Shown: positions 53,578-64,000 of the stretch, piece by piece
How the letters are laid out: each line of letters opens with the position of its first letter
Numbering within the stretch: the stretch's first letter is position 1
DNA from: Felis catus
Taxonomy: Eukaryota
Assembly: GCF_018350175.1 (NCBI RefSeq)
Contig: NC_058368.1
Span: 81,470,001-81,534,000 of the forward strand
Reading direction: 5' to 3'
Length of the DNA: 64,000 bases
Notes under the pieces: generated by a model
Database searches by the model: none
What the model was told of the DNA's origin: nothing
What the model saw: the letters and a program-made list of their open reading frames with translations, nothing else
Position numbers and translations under genes: made by a program

Positions 53578-56004
53578 CTTGCCTGGGCTGTGGGGTCACA
53601 TTGGAGATATTCCAGAAGCTGACTCGTTTTACTTGGCAGCACGTACTTAGGTGTGCTACGGGGTCAACGTAGATGGAAGATGTGTGCAAGTGGGGTGCAA
53701 GTGCAGCTGGAGAAAGGTGGGAAGGAAAATCTGGGTGGGGTGTTACCACTGGGGCTTGGCCAGCCCGCCATGCCACTGCTGTGACTAAGACCTTACATGG
53801 CCATCTCTCCTGGCCCGGCCCCTCCCCCCTCCTCTGCCTCCTGGCTCCCGGCCCACCCCCTCTTCCTGTCTCAGTCTTCTGCATGTGCCCAGAGGGGAGC
53901 GGACCCCAAAACGGGGAGCACTGGGGATGGGGCAGGCTCTCTGAGGGTGGGATGACCTCAGGTCCCAGCGGCATGAGGAGCCGTTCCCCAAAGCCAGCAC
54001 GGTGACCTGGAGCTTCTCCAGAAGGAGTGGCATCCACAGCAGGTGGCCCCATCAGTCCCCCAGTGGCACGCACCCCTTAGCGACTGCCACCCTCGACCTG
54101 GCGTCCTGACGTGAAATTTGCACGGCGGAGAAATGCATCTAACACCATAACAAGACCAAACTCTGATGAGGCTTCGCTCCCTTCAAAATGAAATGAAATT
54201 TGAAACCTTCAAGTTCAAAACAAAATTGTAAGATTAGGTTTTTATTAATGTAGATATTTGCATGGTTATGCTCAGCCAAGTTTTTCCTTCCTTTGCCGGG
54301 GTGGGGGGCGGTGGTGGGGGCTAGCCACTGAGCACACCAGTTGGCCGTTTGCAAAGAGAGAACTTGTAAGTGGCCTGGCCTCCTATTCCCATCAGTGTCC
54401 TTCCTCCAAATGACACAGTAATGGCTTCGTGGGAAGCAGAGCGTCCGTCATCCGATTGCCAGGGCTCAGGAACCAGCATCTTTTTTTTAAGATCAAAATT
54501 CATTTGGAAAACTGGACTCAGTTATTTCAAACGACAGTCTGAGGAGACGTGTGCCTGGAAGTATTTGGAGCTGTCCCCTCCAACAGAGAAGGACCGCGTC
54601 TCGGGACAGCGCCCAAACCCCCCTCCCACACAGCGCGCAGCTCTACTTCCTGGGTCGTGCGGCATCCTCCCGCGCGGGGCCCACCACCAGGGGCTCTACG
54701 TGTCGGCCTGTGACCTGCTCAGGGCTGGCACGAGCTTGATCTCAGAATAAAATTAGCCCCGATCCCTCATCCCAGCGGAAATTGTATGACTCTCCCTCTC
54801 CACTTTCTTAATGGTTTCTTCACTACAAAGCCGCAATCGAATGACCATGTCGGCCATCTCCAAGGTTTGGAATTAAATGTCCCTAACATAAATCAATAGA
54901 AAGGAAATCAAAACGGAGAGGCCAATTATTTTTGCAGATGTCTTTGTGCAAAACAACTTTGCATTGAACTCTGGGCCACCTGGAGACTGCAGAAGGAGCC
55001 TCCTTCCAGTTTCAGGGACACTAATGTAACGAAGAACTTTCATGAGCAGATGCTGATGACAGGATCTATTAAAATGGTCTCACAAGGCTGGCCCATCCAC
55101 CTCCCAGAGCTAGTAGATAACAATATTAGAAAGTTCAGAATTCTAAGTGTTCAATTTCAAATCGACAGACAAGCGGCCTTTGCAAACAGCCCCGCTGCCT
55201 CTTCTCGCTTCCCCCCTCAGCTTCCCAAAGAATTCCACGTGCACGTGGGTTTTCAGGGTACCGCCTTCTCGAAACGGGGGGCTACAAGAAGGCCCCACGG
55301 ACACGTTTAGAATCGAGTGGAGGGTACCTTCAGGGAGCCAGCCGGACTCCCTCCGGACACCCACTCCCAGCGCTCTGGGGCCTCCTCAGCACAGCACAGC
55401 CCGTAGGGACTAGTCCACTGTGGTCCTGTGCCATCACTTACCACGATTTACTGCAGCTAGTGAAGCCGTTTCCTAAACTAATTAGCTCTTGGGTATCAGC
55501 GGCTGGTAAATTATTAACATGTTATCCCTTCCAAAAGTATTGAATTTTTAAATGGTAAGCCCCAATTACATAATATTTTAAGCAAAGGAAGAACTCTCTA
55601 ATGGTAAAAATTCAGCCACCTGAGCCAAGAAGAAAACAATCTGTGCCTTTATGGTTTTAAGGAGCCGCGTACTGTGTCGACATCTATGGTTGGTTCTGTG
55701 AACTGCAGATTCCCGGCTGAATTTCTGCCGTGGTCCCCCAGAGCCCAGGCAACGCAGCGGAACTGGGATTCTATTCTGAACACTTGAAAGTCAAAAGAGA
55801 ACCATTGTGCCTCCACCTGCTTTCCCGGCTCCAAAGCACGTTGGCTGTTACTTATTCTGCATTGTTAAAAGAGACATGAGTTCTTACAAAGAAGCATAAA
55901 CTTGGCTGAGTGGGTGCTGGAGATATGTAATTCCAGTGGGAAAGCAGACAGACCCAGCACCGGTCTTAAGGCTCTGGTGTCATCTTTAAAAAGTCAGCAA
56001 ATGA

Positions 56005-56232
56005 GGGGCGCCTGGGGGGCTCAGTCAGGTAAGCCTCCGACTTCGGCTCAGGTCATGATCTCGCAGTTCCTGTGTTTGAGCCCCACGTCGGGCTCTGTGC
56101 TGACAGCTCGGAGCCTGGAGCTTGCTTTGGATTCTGCATCTCCCTCTCTCTCTGCCCCTCCCCTGCTTGCACTATGTCTCTCCCTATCTCTCAAAAATAA
56201 ATGAACATTAAAATTTTTTAAATAAATCAAAC
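56005..56232 (+). mobile_element. CAN-SINE (SINEC_Fc) with perfect 17-bp TSD
   Basis: aaaaagtcagcaaatga at 55988-56004 and 56233-56249; TTT/AAAAA L1-endonuclease site. Confidence 0.97.
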
Positions 56233-57675
56233 AAAAAGTCAGCAAATGAGAATAATATTTTTCAGTCATTTGCAAAATGTAACAGCAGTGAGAGTGAGCT
56301 TTTCTGCTAAGTTGATCTGACCTGTAGAGCATGAGAACAACAAAAAGAGACCTTTGCACTTTTTTAAACTGACAGATTCTACCACTTTTCTGGATGCCGA
56401 CAGTTCTCGGTGCACGTCCCTAAGAGAACACGAGAGAAGAGGAGAGAGCGGAACCAGATCAAATGGAAGAAGGAAAAACTGGGTGTGAGTGTGTGTGTGT
56501 AACCAACGAATCCGTGCTGAGACCGCGTGCATCCACAGATGCCCAGACCTGCTCTACACACGACCTTCTGTCCGTGTGCAGAGAGCACAGCCTCTGATGT
56601 CCTCCCCGGAGGGATTTCGGGAGAAAAGATAACATCCCAGGTGAAGGTGACATTCTTAACAAATGTGGGTAAAATGTCACTGCCAGTTCACACAGTCAGC
56701 CAGAAATTTCTTTACGTTAATTACATGTCGTCCAGACAAGCATACACACAGGCAGGCCCCTCATATCTGTACACATTTGCTAGCACTTTTGTTCTGATTT
56801 TTAAAGAACCTTGACTAATTCACTTGAGCGCGGAGCTAATCCTCCAGCAGAGGGCTAAGTATAAAACAAGTAACATTCTCAAACGGGTGACAGAAATGAG
56901 CAGACTGGGGGTCATTAAGTGCTCATTAGCTGTATGTTGTCACATTAACTACGGGGTGTAACACCAATTTTCTCTTCTTTGTCAGGAGCCGACTCGGTCC
57001 CCTTTCACGGGGCAGGCCCCCGGGGGGTATGCTGCCCAGAGCGCGCCCCGATCAGCGCTGCCCGCGTGAGGTTCTCCTAGCTTTCTCTCCGTCGCCCCCC
57101 GTTTCAGCAGCTCGCCAGGAAGAAGCCGTTACCTGGGTCTGTTGGCCACGGCGACGAGGAACTGAAACGATCAAGGATCAGAACAGGATTCTTTCCACGC
57201 GCGCCAATATTCACGGCTGAGAGGGCCAAGGGTGTGGGCAGAGTGGTCTGAGTTGAAGTCATGGTTCTGGAATCTTAAAGATGGTCAGGTAATCCAGACA
57301 TTCAGGGTTTCCTGTTTCAATTCCTGGTCGCCCTCAGCCCCACGGGGAGGGGCAGCGGTGGCCCCCCGCCCTTGGCCATGACCGAGGAAGCCCATGCTCC
57401 CCCCGCGCGCGGCTGGGGCACATCCTCTCCGTTTCTCTGCCCTGTCTCCCTGTTTGTCCCTCCGGCTGATGCCCTTGTGAACAGAAACCAAAGACCCGCA
57501 CTGAAGCTCTGCTAGCAGAGGTCCCCTCCTCAGCAATATGAGGTCACAGGTCTGGGCAGACGTTTCCAGCACAACTGTAGTTATGAAGCTCTGCTACCCT
57601 CACACAACACCGCATCTTGTCTATCATATTCCATTTTGACAAAACTCTACCCCAACGCAACATCAGGTTCCTTAC

Positions 57676-57822
57676 CTGAATTCAGGAGACTGACTGAACC
57701 CAACAGAGACTGAAACCATGGAAGCTGGTCTCAGCAGACACATCGGCTCAGGTTTCCTAAGCCGGTCTTTGCTCTCATGGAGCCGGTCTCGGCCTCTCTT
57801 TGAGGCCGACAGAAAACACGCT
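57676..57822 (-). other. Candidate 147-nt internal exon (gene unknown)
   Basis: Minus-strand acceptor cttcctcgtctccccccag and donor CAG|gtaagg. Confidence 0.3.
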
Positions 57823-60019
57823 CTGGGGGGAGACGAGGAAGCCGAACCAACGAACAAATGAATTAAGGGAGGGGCTTCCTCACGTGGGCAAACCTTTCCC
57901 CGCTGCTCCCACAGAAGAGGCGGTGTCACCCCTGGCATTTCACTTTTGCAGCACCCCCCACCTTGGGATTCCCTGTAGAGGGACCTCAGGACACAGAGCT
58001 GTCATCGGGGCCCATTGAGGTCAAGTGGGCACCCCCAGGGACTGAGCCCACCCTGATGCGGCCTCGGGCGGGTTGGCAGCCCGGGCAGGAAGGGTCACTG
58101 GCATACCACACGGCTGCACCTCATGAGCACAGGTCCCTACCATTCATCTGCAGGGCACCAGATCTCTGTGGTTCTGACACAGTTAATTGTTCCCAGGACT
58201 CTATTTTAAGCGCTCTGAAGACAAAAGTAAGAAGACAATTATACAGATTGCAGAGACCAGAGAGAGAGGAGCAGGGAAAGAGAGCTCAGAGAGCCAGCAA
58301 CAATGTAACACAAACAGCTCGGCAAATAACAGTGCGGCGTCCCCGCTAATAGAACGTTGTAACACCTGAATACACCCGCACGCCTGATTAGGCGCTGACA
58401 ACATACACCCATAAAGGAAGATTATAAGTTGTAATATGTCTTTGCGAGAAGCAGCATATTAACCACTGTTTGTATACTTCTCCAATTAGATTCCTGTAAT
58501 TCTTCATTTAGAAAACAGTTTACATTATAATAGCCAGCATCACTTCTGGTTTTGAAACAATTGATTATATGTATACTGCCAAATTATGGGTCTACGGGAT
58601 ATTTTCATAAGTGAAAACAACTCTGAACGATCTTCGAAAGAATCTTTAACTGGGGCGTCTGGCGACGTGCAGACAGACTATCACCTGCGCCCGCTACCCC
58701 TAGGGCCTCCCAGTCAATGGAAACATCCCATTTTTCCCCTCTCTGGTTTTCCAGGAGCAGAGATTTGCTCCGTGGACCTGGAAACCAGAACAGCAGTGCT
58801 GGTCACAGCTCTGTCCCTGGCCCCTTGGCTCTCTGCCCCACGGACCCCAGCCCTTCAAGCTGTCATGCTGGGCAGGACCATGAGCTGGTGAGGCGAGTGG
58901 TTTATTCTGTGGCCAAAGGTGCCTCTTCGGTACCTGAACCCCCAAATGCTGCCAGCCCCCCCCCTAGAGCTGGCCAGCGTGGAGTCTCTCCTGGGACCAC
59001 GGAACCATGTCAGAAGCCGTGCAGTCACGAGACAGGCCAACAGCAGAGCCCCCAAGACAAGACGTCGGTGAGGAGGAGAGCCACTGAAGGAGGGACCGGC
59101 AAGGGCACAGCCAGGTGAGGCAGAGATGACCCCGGGGGCCCCGACACAGCCCAGCGAGTAGGGGCTATGTGGCAAGAGGGGGAAATAAATGACCCATGGG
59201 AACACCTGTCCTCGTGGGATGGTTCGGAAGCCGAGGCTCGGTGTGACTTCTCTGAGGTCACCAGCTAGTAAGCAGCCGAGCTGGGAGCTGAGTCAGCCTA
59301 GTTCCCAGTGTGCACCACCTCTCAAAGCTCGGCCACGCTGCACACGAACCCCCTGGTGATTTCTAGGAAAGCACGCTTGGACCTCTACCAGGAAAACCCA
59401 TCCCCTGGTCTTGTCACTAAGCACAACGAAGTCTATTGATGTTACTTGTAAAACAAACGTGAGAATTCTCCAGGAGACGCAGAGACGGCCGAGGACAAGG
59501 GGCCTCAGGACCCGAGGGACAGCATGGCAATGGGTCCCCTGGGTTCTCAGATTGCCTCATGAATCCCAGTGGGGTCCAGCTGGAGATGCTGGCAATACAG
59601 AAATACCCACAGACCCAGACTGCTCCCTCCAGCCAAATGACAGGGACGCGGGGTCAGCCTCACGAGACAGATGACATTTCCACAGTACAACGCCTCTACC
59701 CCAGCCAGACACCACAGAAAAAAATGTTCCCTGTCTCCAGCCCACCAGCCAAAGTTGCGTGGGGAACCTAGCCTTGCACCCTCACTGAGCTGTTAAAAGG
59801 GCCCAACTCACTGTTGGGGACACCGGTGCAGCAGGCTGAGCACGGCAGCCGGACCCCACCCCATGGACAGTAACGATGGCTCCAGGGCAGTGTCAGATGC
59901 CTGCCTACGGAGAACAAGGTCTAAATGACCCCAGAGTCTTATACGGCGATGCACGCATCGGCCGGATGTCAGTCAAAGCCCACTCATCGCACCGGGACGG
60001 GACAGGTGTCTGAAGTAAC

Positions 60020-61155
60020 TGCTGAGGATTTCAATGCACTGATCATACAAATGCCTCTCCGAGACTTTACAAACATGCTCGGCACAAGTGAAAAATAGAA
60101 AGTCTCCACAAAGATACAAAAGCTTTGAGCAAATACACAGAGAATGTAAAGAACCAAGCGGATATTTTAGAACTAAACATCCGCTGAATGTCTGAAGAGT
60201 TAAAAATCTCACAAGATGGTCAATAGCAGGAGAAGACAGAAAAGGATCAGCGGAGGAGAAAAAGGTAAAACAGTAGAAATTCCCTGCTGTCACTGACCAT
60301 ATTGGCGGACAAACGAAGAAGGAATCTATGATCGTATCAATTCACGCAGGAAAACATTTTTGACAATTCCTTCCAAACCGATCTAAAGGTTTAACAAAAT
60401 TCTCATTGAAATCCCAGCAAAATTTTTCCGCAAGTATAGACAATATTATCATAAATCTATGTGGATTATACATGACAATTATAAGCTATAAAGTATAAAA
60501 CTTTTAGAAGATAAGAGAAATCTTCCAGACCAAGGGCTTAGGGAAGAGACAGGACAACTATGGAAAACATGACTACACTGCGTGGCACATTCTGATTGGG
60601 TGGGTCCGGGCCTCAGGCGGTGAAAGAACTCACCCCCCAGGACAGAACAAAGAGACAGAGGTTTGTTGAATATATTGGGGGTGGGGTGGGGGCGGCAGGA
60701 CAGCAGAGAGACTGTCCGCCAGGAGGCAGTGGTGAGGCGCTGTGGTTACAGGATGCAGTGAGGAAGCATGGGGACGGAGGAATTTCCCGTTTTGGCAATC
60801 TTAGGAGCCGGGCCTGGTTGTAGGCAGTCCATTGGTCCTCTGGGGCCGATGGCACTTCAGGGTGGGTCGCTTACTGGGCCTCTTGCATTCAGCCTGGCGG
60901 TCACTCTAGGCCCCTGACTCAGACTTCCACTGCCCAAGCTCGTTGCCTGAAAGCGGCCTCTACACGTTGGATTCAGCAAAACCAAAAACAACTGTTGTTC
61001 CGCAGAACACCTTGCAAAGAAGATGAAAGGTAGGCTGCTGACCGCGAGAGACTGTTTGCAAATGGAAGCTCTAATAAGTACTCGTACTTAGTAAGAATAA
61101 ACATATAATGAACTCTCAAAATTCCACACTGAGTCAGAAGTGGGCAAAAGACGTT
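60020..61155 (+). mobile_element. Internally deleted old L1 (ORF1 and ORF2 pieces) interrupted by an LTR
   Basis: aagaaccaagcggatattttagaact (ORF1-like), then gaaaacatttttgacaa, aaatcccagcaaaattttt, tataaaacttttagaaga, gtgggcaaaagac (ORF2-like) in colinear order. Confidence 0.75.
60579..60964 (-). mobile_element. Solo ERV LTR, probably carnivore-specific
   Basis: TG...CA-bounded 386-bp GC-richer insert that splits L1 ORF2 sequence; TSD not cleanly resolved. Confidence 0.65.
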
Positions 61156-61264
61156 CTTGTCTGCGGGACGGTGGTCTGCCAGAGATGTGTCTGCACACCC
61201 TGTGTGCACACCCAGGCCTGCAATCTCCAGAGCCTGCGAGTTTTCTGACTTAATATGGTCACGG

Positions 61265-61979
61265 TAACTGCGGTTGTAGGTGGAATTCAGATCGCCAGCC
61301 ACCTGAATTTAGAGGGAGGGTTGATCCTGGATTGTCCAGGGGGCCCGAATGAGGACTCTCCAGGGAAACAGAGCCAGGAGGCGGTGTGGATGCAGAGAGA
61401 AAAGATTTATTTTCAGGAATTGGCTCACATGATTGTGGAAGCCGACGAGTCTCAAACTGAAGGGCAGGCTGGAGCCCACGGAAGAGCGGACACTGCAGTC
61501 CAGGTCTGAAGGCCATCTGCTGGGAGAAGTCCCTCCTGCGCGGGAGGGATCGGTGTTTTTGCTCTAATCAGGCCTTCAACTGATGGAATGAGGCTCACCC
61601 CCATTATGGAGAACAGTCGGCTTTACCCAAAGTCCAACAGTCTGAACGTAAATCTCATCAAAACACCCCTCATGGAAACATCCAGAATATTTGGCCACAT
61701 GTCTAGGCCACGTGGTCAGCCAGGTTGGCACCTAAAATTAATGCTCACAGAGAGCCCCATGAATTCTCAAATGTCTGTATAACCAGCACAGGGAGAACCA
61801 GAGAGAGGACAGGCTTTGAAGATGGAGAAGACCAACCACAGCCAAGGAACGCAGTGCCTTCTGGGCACTGGAAGAGGCAGAGGAAGAAAGTCTAGAGAGC
61901 CCTTGGAAGTCACACATCGCTGCCGTCCATCCAGTGTGGACTCTGGCCTCTGGGACTATTAAGATGATAAATTTATGTT
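61265..61979 (+). mobile_element. MLT1D-like LTR split by an MLT2 LTR
   Basis: gtggaattcagatcgccagccacctga...atcctggattgtccaggggg, resuming at ggctttgaagatggag...cacagccaaggaacgca. Confidence 0.75.
61352..61750 (-). mobile_element. MLT2 (ERVL) LTR
   Basis: ctccagggaaacagagcc...gatttattttcaggaattggctcacatgattgtgga...ccttcaactgatggaatgaggc...aaaattaatgctcaca. Confidence 0.88.
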
Positions 61980-61999
61980 TCTTTCTTAATGTTTTTATT

Positions 62000-62031
<32 letters not shown>

Positions 62032-62190
62032 CACACAAGCAGGGGAGGGGCAGAGAGAGAGGGAGACACATATCTGAAACAGGCTCCAGGCTCTGAACCG
62101 TCAGCATAGAGCCCAACATGGGCCTCGAACTCACGAACCATGAGATCGTGACCTGGACCGAGGTCGGATGCTCAACCAACTGAGCCACCC
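61980..62190 (-). mobile_element. CAN-SINE (SINEC_Fc), slightly 5'-truncated
   Basis: TSD taaatttatgt at 61968-61978 and 62191-62201. Confidence 0.95.
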
Positions 62191-62829
62191 TAAATTTATG
62201 TGTTTTTAAGTGAGTGCTGAGGACACGCCTGCCCCAGGTGGTTCTCCCCAGGTTTGCTCCCCAGCCCCTCACAGGGAAATGCCCGGAGCTGCCTTCTCCC
62301 GGTGGCATAGGTAGGAAGTGGGACAAAAATTAAGAAAATTGTCAATTACTGATCAGATGCAGGTCATTTGGGGCTGATTGTTGTAGGAACTGCTGCTTAA
62401 CCACTCGGACGGTGGGTCACAATTCTGTCACTCGAGGTGCCGCTGTCCATTTGTGTTTTGTTTCCACTGTCTCATGCTGGGGCTGCTGGCTCAAGGACTT
62501 GAACAGCAGAAGTCCACACCACTGGTCTGTATGTCATCAGTCCATTAATTAGCTCAAGCGGGACATGAAACCCACCACATCACCCGCAAACCTAAGCCAC
62601 GTTAACATGCCTGACGGACACTGCAGATATTTGCAGCGTCCTTCATGATCACTCCCGGAGGTAGAAGGGTTCCATTACATCCACCAGGAAGAATACCTAA
62701 GCAAAAATCTGCAAAAGTTCCCCATTTCAGCAATAAAAAAATCAGAACTCTAAGAGACCCCTGGTAGGCCAGCCATCTTGAGAGCCATTCCCAGGTTTTA
62801 GGAGGCATGGTTGCTCTCTTTTACCCTGG

Positions 62830-63262
62830 TCCACTCCCCTGGGACCCCACACCTGTTTGCACAGGAGCAGTGGCCTGGGCAGACCACCCACCCCACTGTG
62901 AGCCTGGGGACAGGTATCGGTCCTGGTCGGGTATGACCCAGGCGAGCCAACCAGAGTCCTTCCTTTCGGGTTTTCTCACAGATGCCGATGGAGAAAAGCC
63001 TAGAATGTCTGAGACAATGAGCTGTGGGACATATGTAGCCATGCTCCTGTCTTGGGATGAGCATCCACCACCAGAGAGAAGTCAGGGCTGCTGAGAAGGA
63101 GGGAAAGGGGGACAGTGGCAGACCTGGGGCATCAGCCCTATTCTTCTCAGACCCCTGGAAATGCTGGTTCCAGCGCTCACCATTCTCCTTCCAAGGTACC
63201 TCTTGTCACTTAAGCTGATTTTGGTTGGCTCTGCCACGTGCCCTTAGAGTCTTGATTACTAT
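62830..63262 (+). mobile_element. Old ERVL/MaLR LTR
   Basis: gtatgacccaggcgagccaaccagagt...cttaagctgattttggttggctctgccac...gagtcttgattacta. Confidence 0.55.
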
Positions 63263-63374
63263 CCCACCCCTCGGGCTTCAGGGACTGCAGGACAAAAGAA
63301 GGCTCCAGAACAGGAAGTGAGCATGCTAAGGGGATCTCTGTTACCCTACTGCCCCAGTCAGCCTCCCTGCTTCT

Positions 63375-63800
63375 TCATAGTCACACGGTCCCGACACAGC
63401 CCTCCCCGCACAGGGGGCAGGACCCCGCTCACTTCCCGCCGTGACGTCACACGTCCCCGGACACGGCCCTCCCCACACATGGGGCAGTACGCCACTCACT
63501 TCCTGCGTGACATCACAGGACCCCGGACACCACGCTCCCTGCATAAGGGGCAGGACCCTGTGCACTTCCTGCCATGACGTCACAGGATGCTGGACACTAA
63601 CCTCCCCGGAACACGGGGTAGGACCCCGCGCCCTTCCCGCCATGACATCACAGCTCCCCAGACATGGCCCTCCCAGCACGAGGGTGCAGGACCCCACTCA
63701 CTTCCTGCTGTGAGGTCACAGGACGCTGGACACTACCCTCCCCAGAACACAGGGTGGGACCCTGCTCACTTCCTGCCGTGATGTCACAGGACCCTGGACA
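63375..63800. repeat. Minisatellite of about 6.3 units of 66-68 bp
   Basis: cacttcc(t/c)gcc(g/a)tgaNNtcacagga core recurring at 66-68 bp spacing. Confidence 0.93.
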
Positions 63801-64000
63801 TTCCAGGGTATCCTGGAGACCAAGGTCTTCAGGGCATGGTTTTCCTCCTTCAGCCGGAGGGAACATGGCAGGAGACAGAGGAGTGACCCTGTTTGTCCTG
63901 CTGCTGTCCTGCTGGTGCCACACGGAGCCCCAGCCCATCAACATGACTTCAGGTACAGTCACAGGTGGGTGGCTATTGGGCGGGTGGGAAACGCACGTCT

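Noticed and set aside
52765..54073. 200-290 aa ORFs on both strands
   Set aside because: They span a MIR fragment and the G-rich minisatellite
1..64000. Assignment to a specific host gene or locus
   Set aside because: No recognisable coding exon; needs BLAST against a felid or human assembly

Overview
Mammalian non-coding genomic DNA, almost certainly from a cat-family (feliform) carnivore, judged from nine tRNA-derived CAN-SINEs of SINEC_Fc type and a carnivore-type L1 3' end. It is GC- and CpG-rich after about 8 kb, which suggests a distal or subtelomeric location (inference). I recognise no protein-coding gene, rRNA, true tRNA or CRISPR array; the long ORFs come from simple repeats, SINEs or decayed L1 ORF2. 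Contents: SINE, L1, MIR and MaLR/ERVL remnants (several nested), a 5'-inverted L1 with a target-site duplication, three structured minisatellites, a ~710-bp pure pyrimidine tract, many short AT-rich homeodomain-motif-rich islands that look like conserved enhancers, and two candidate spliced exons. Repeat family names come from recalled consensus resemblance, not a database search. I found no convincing novel biological system.
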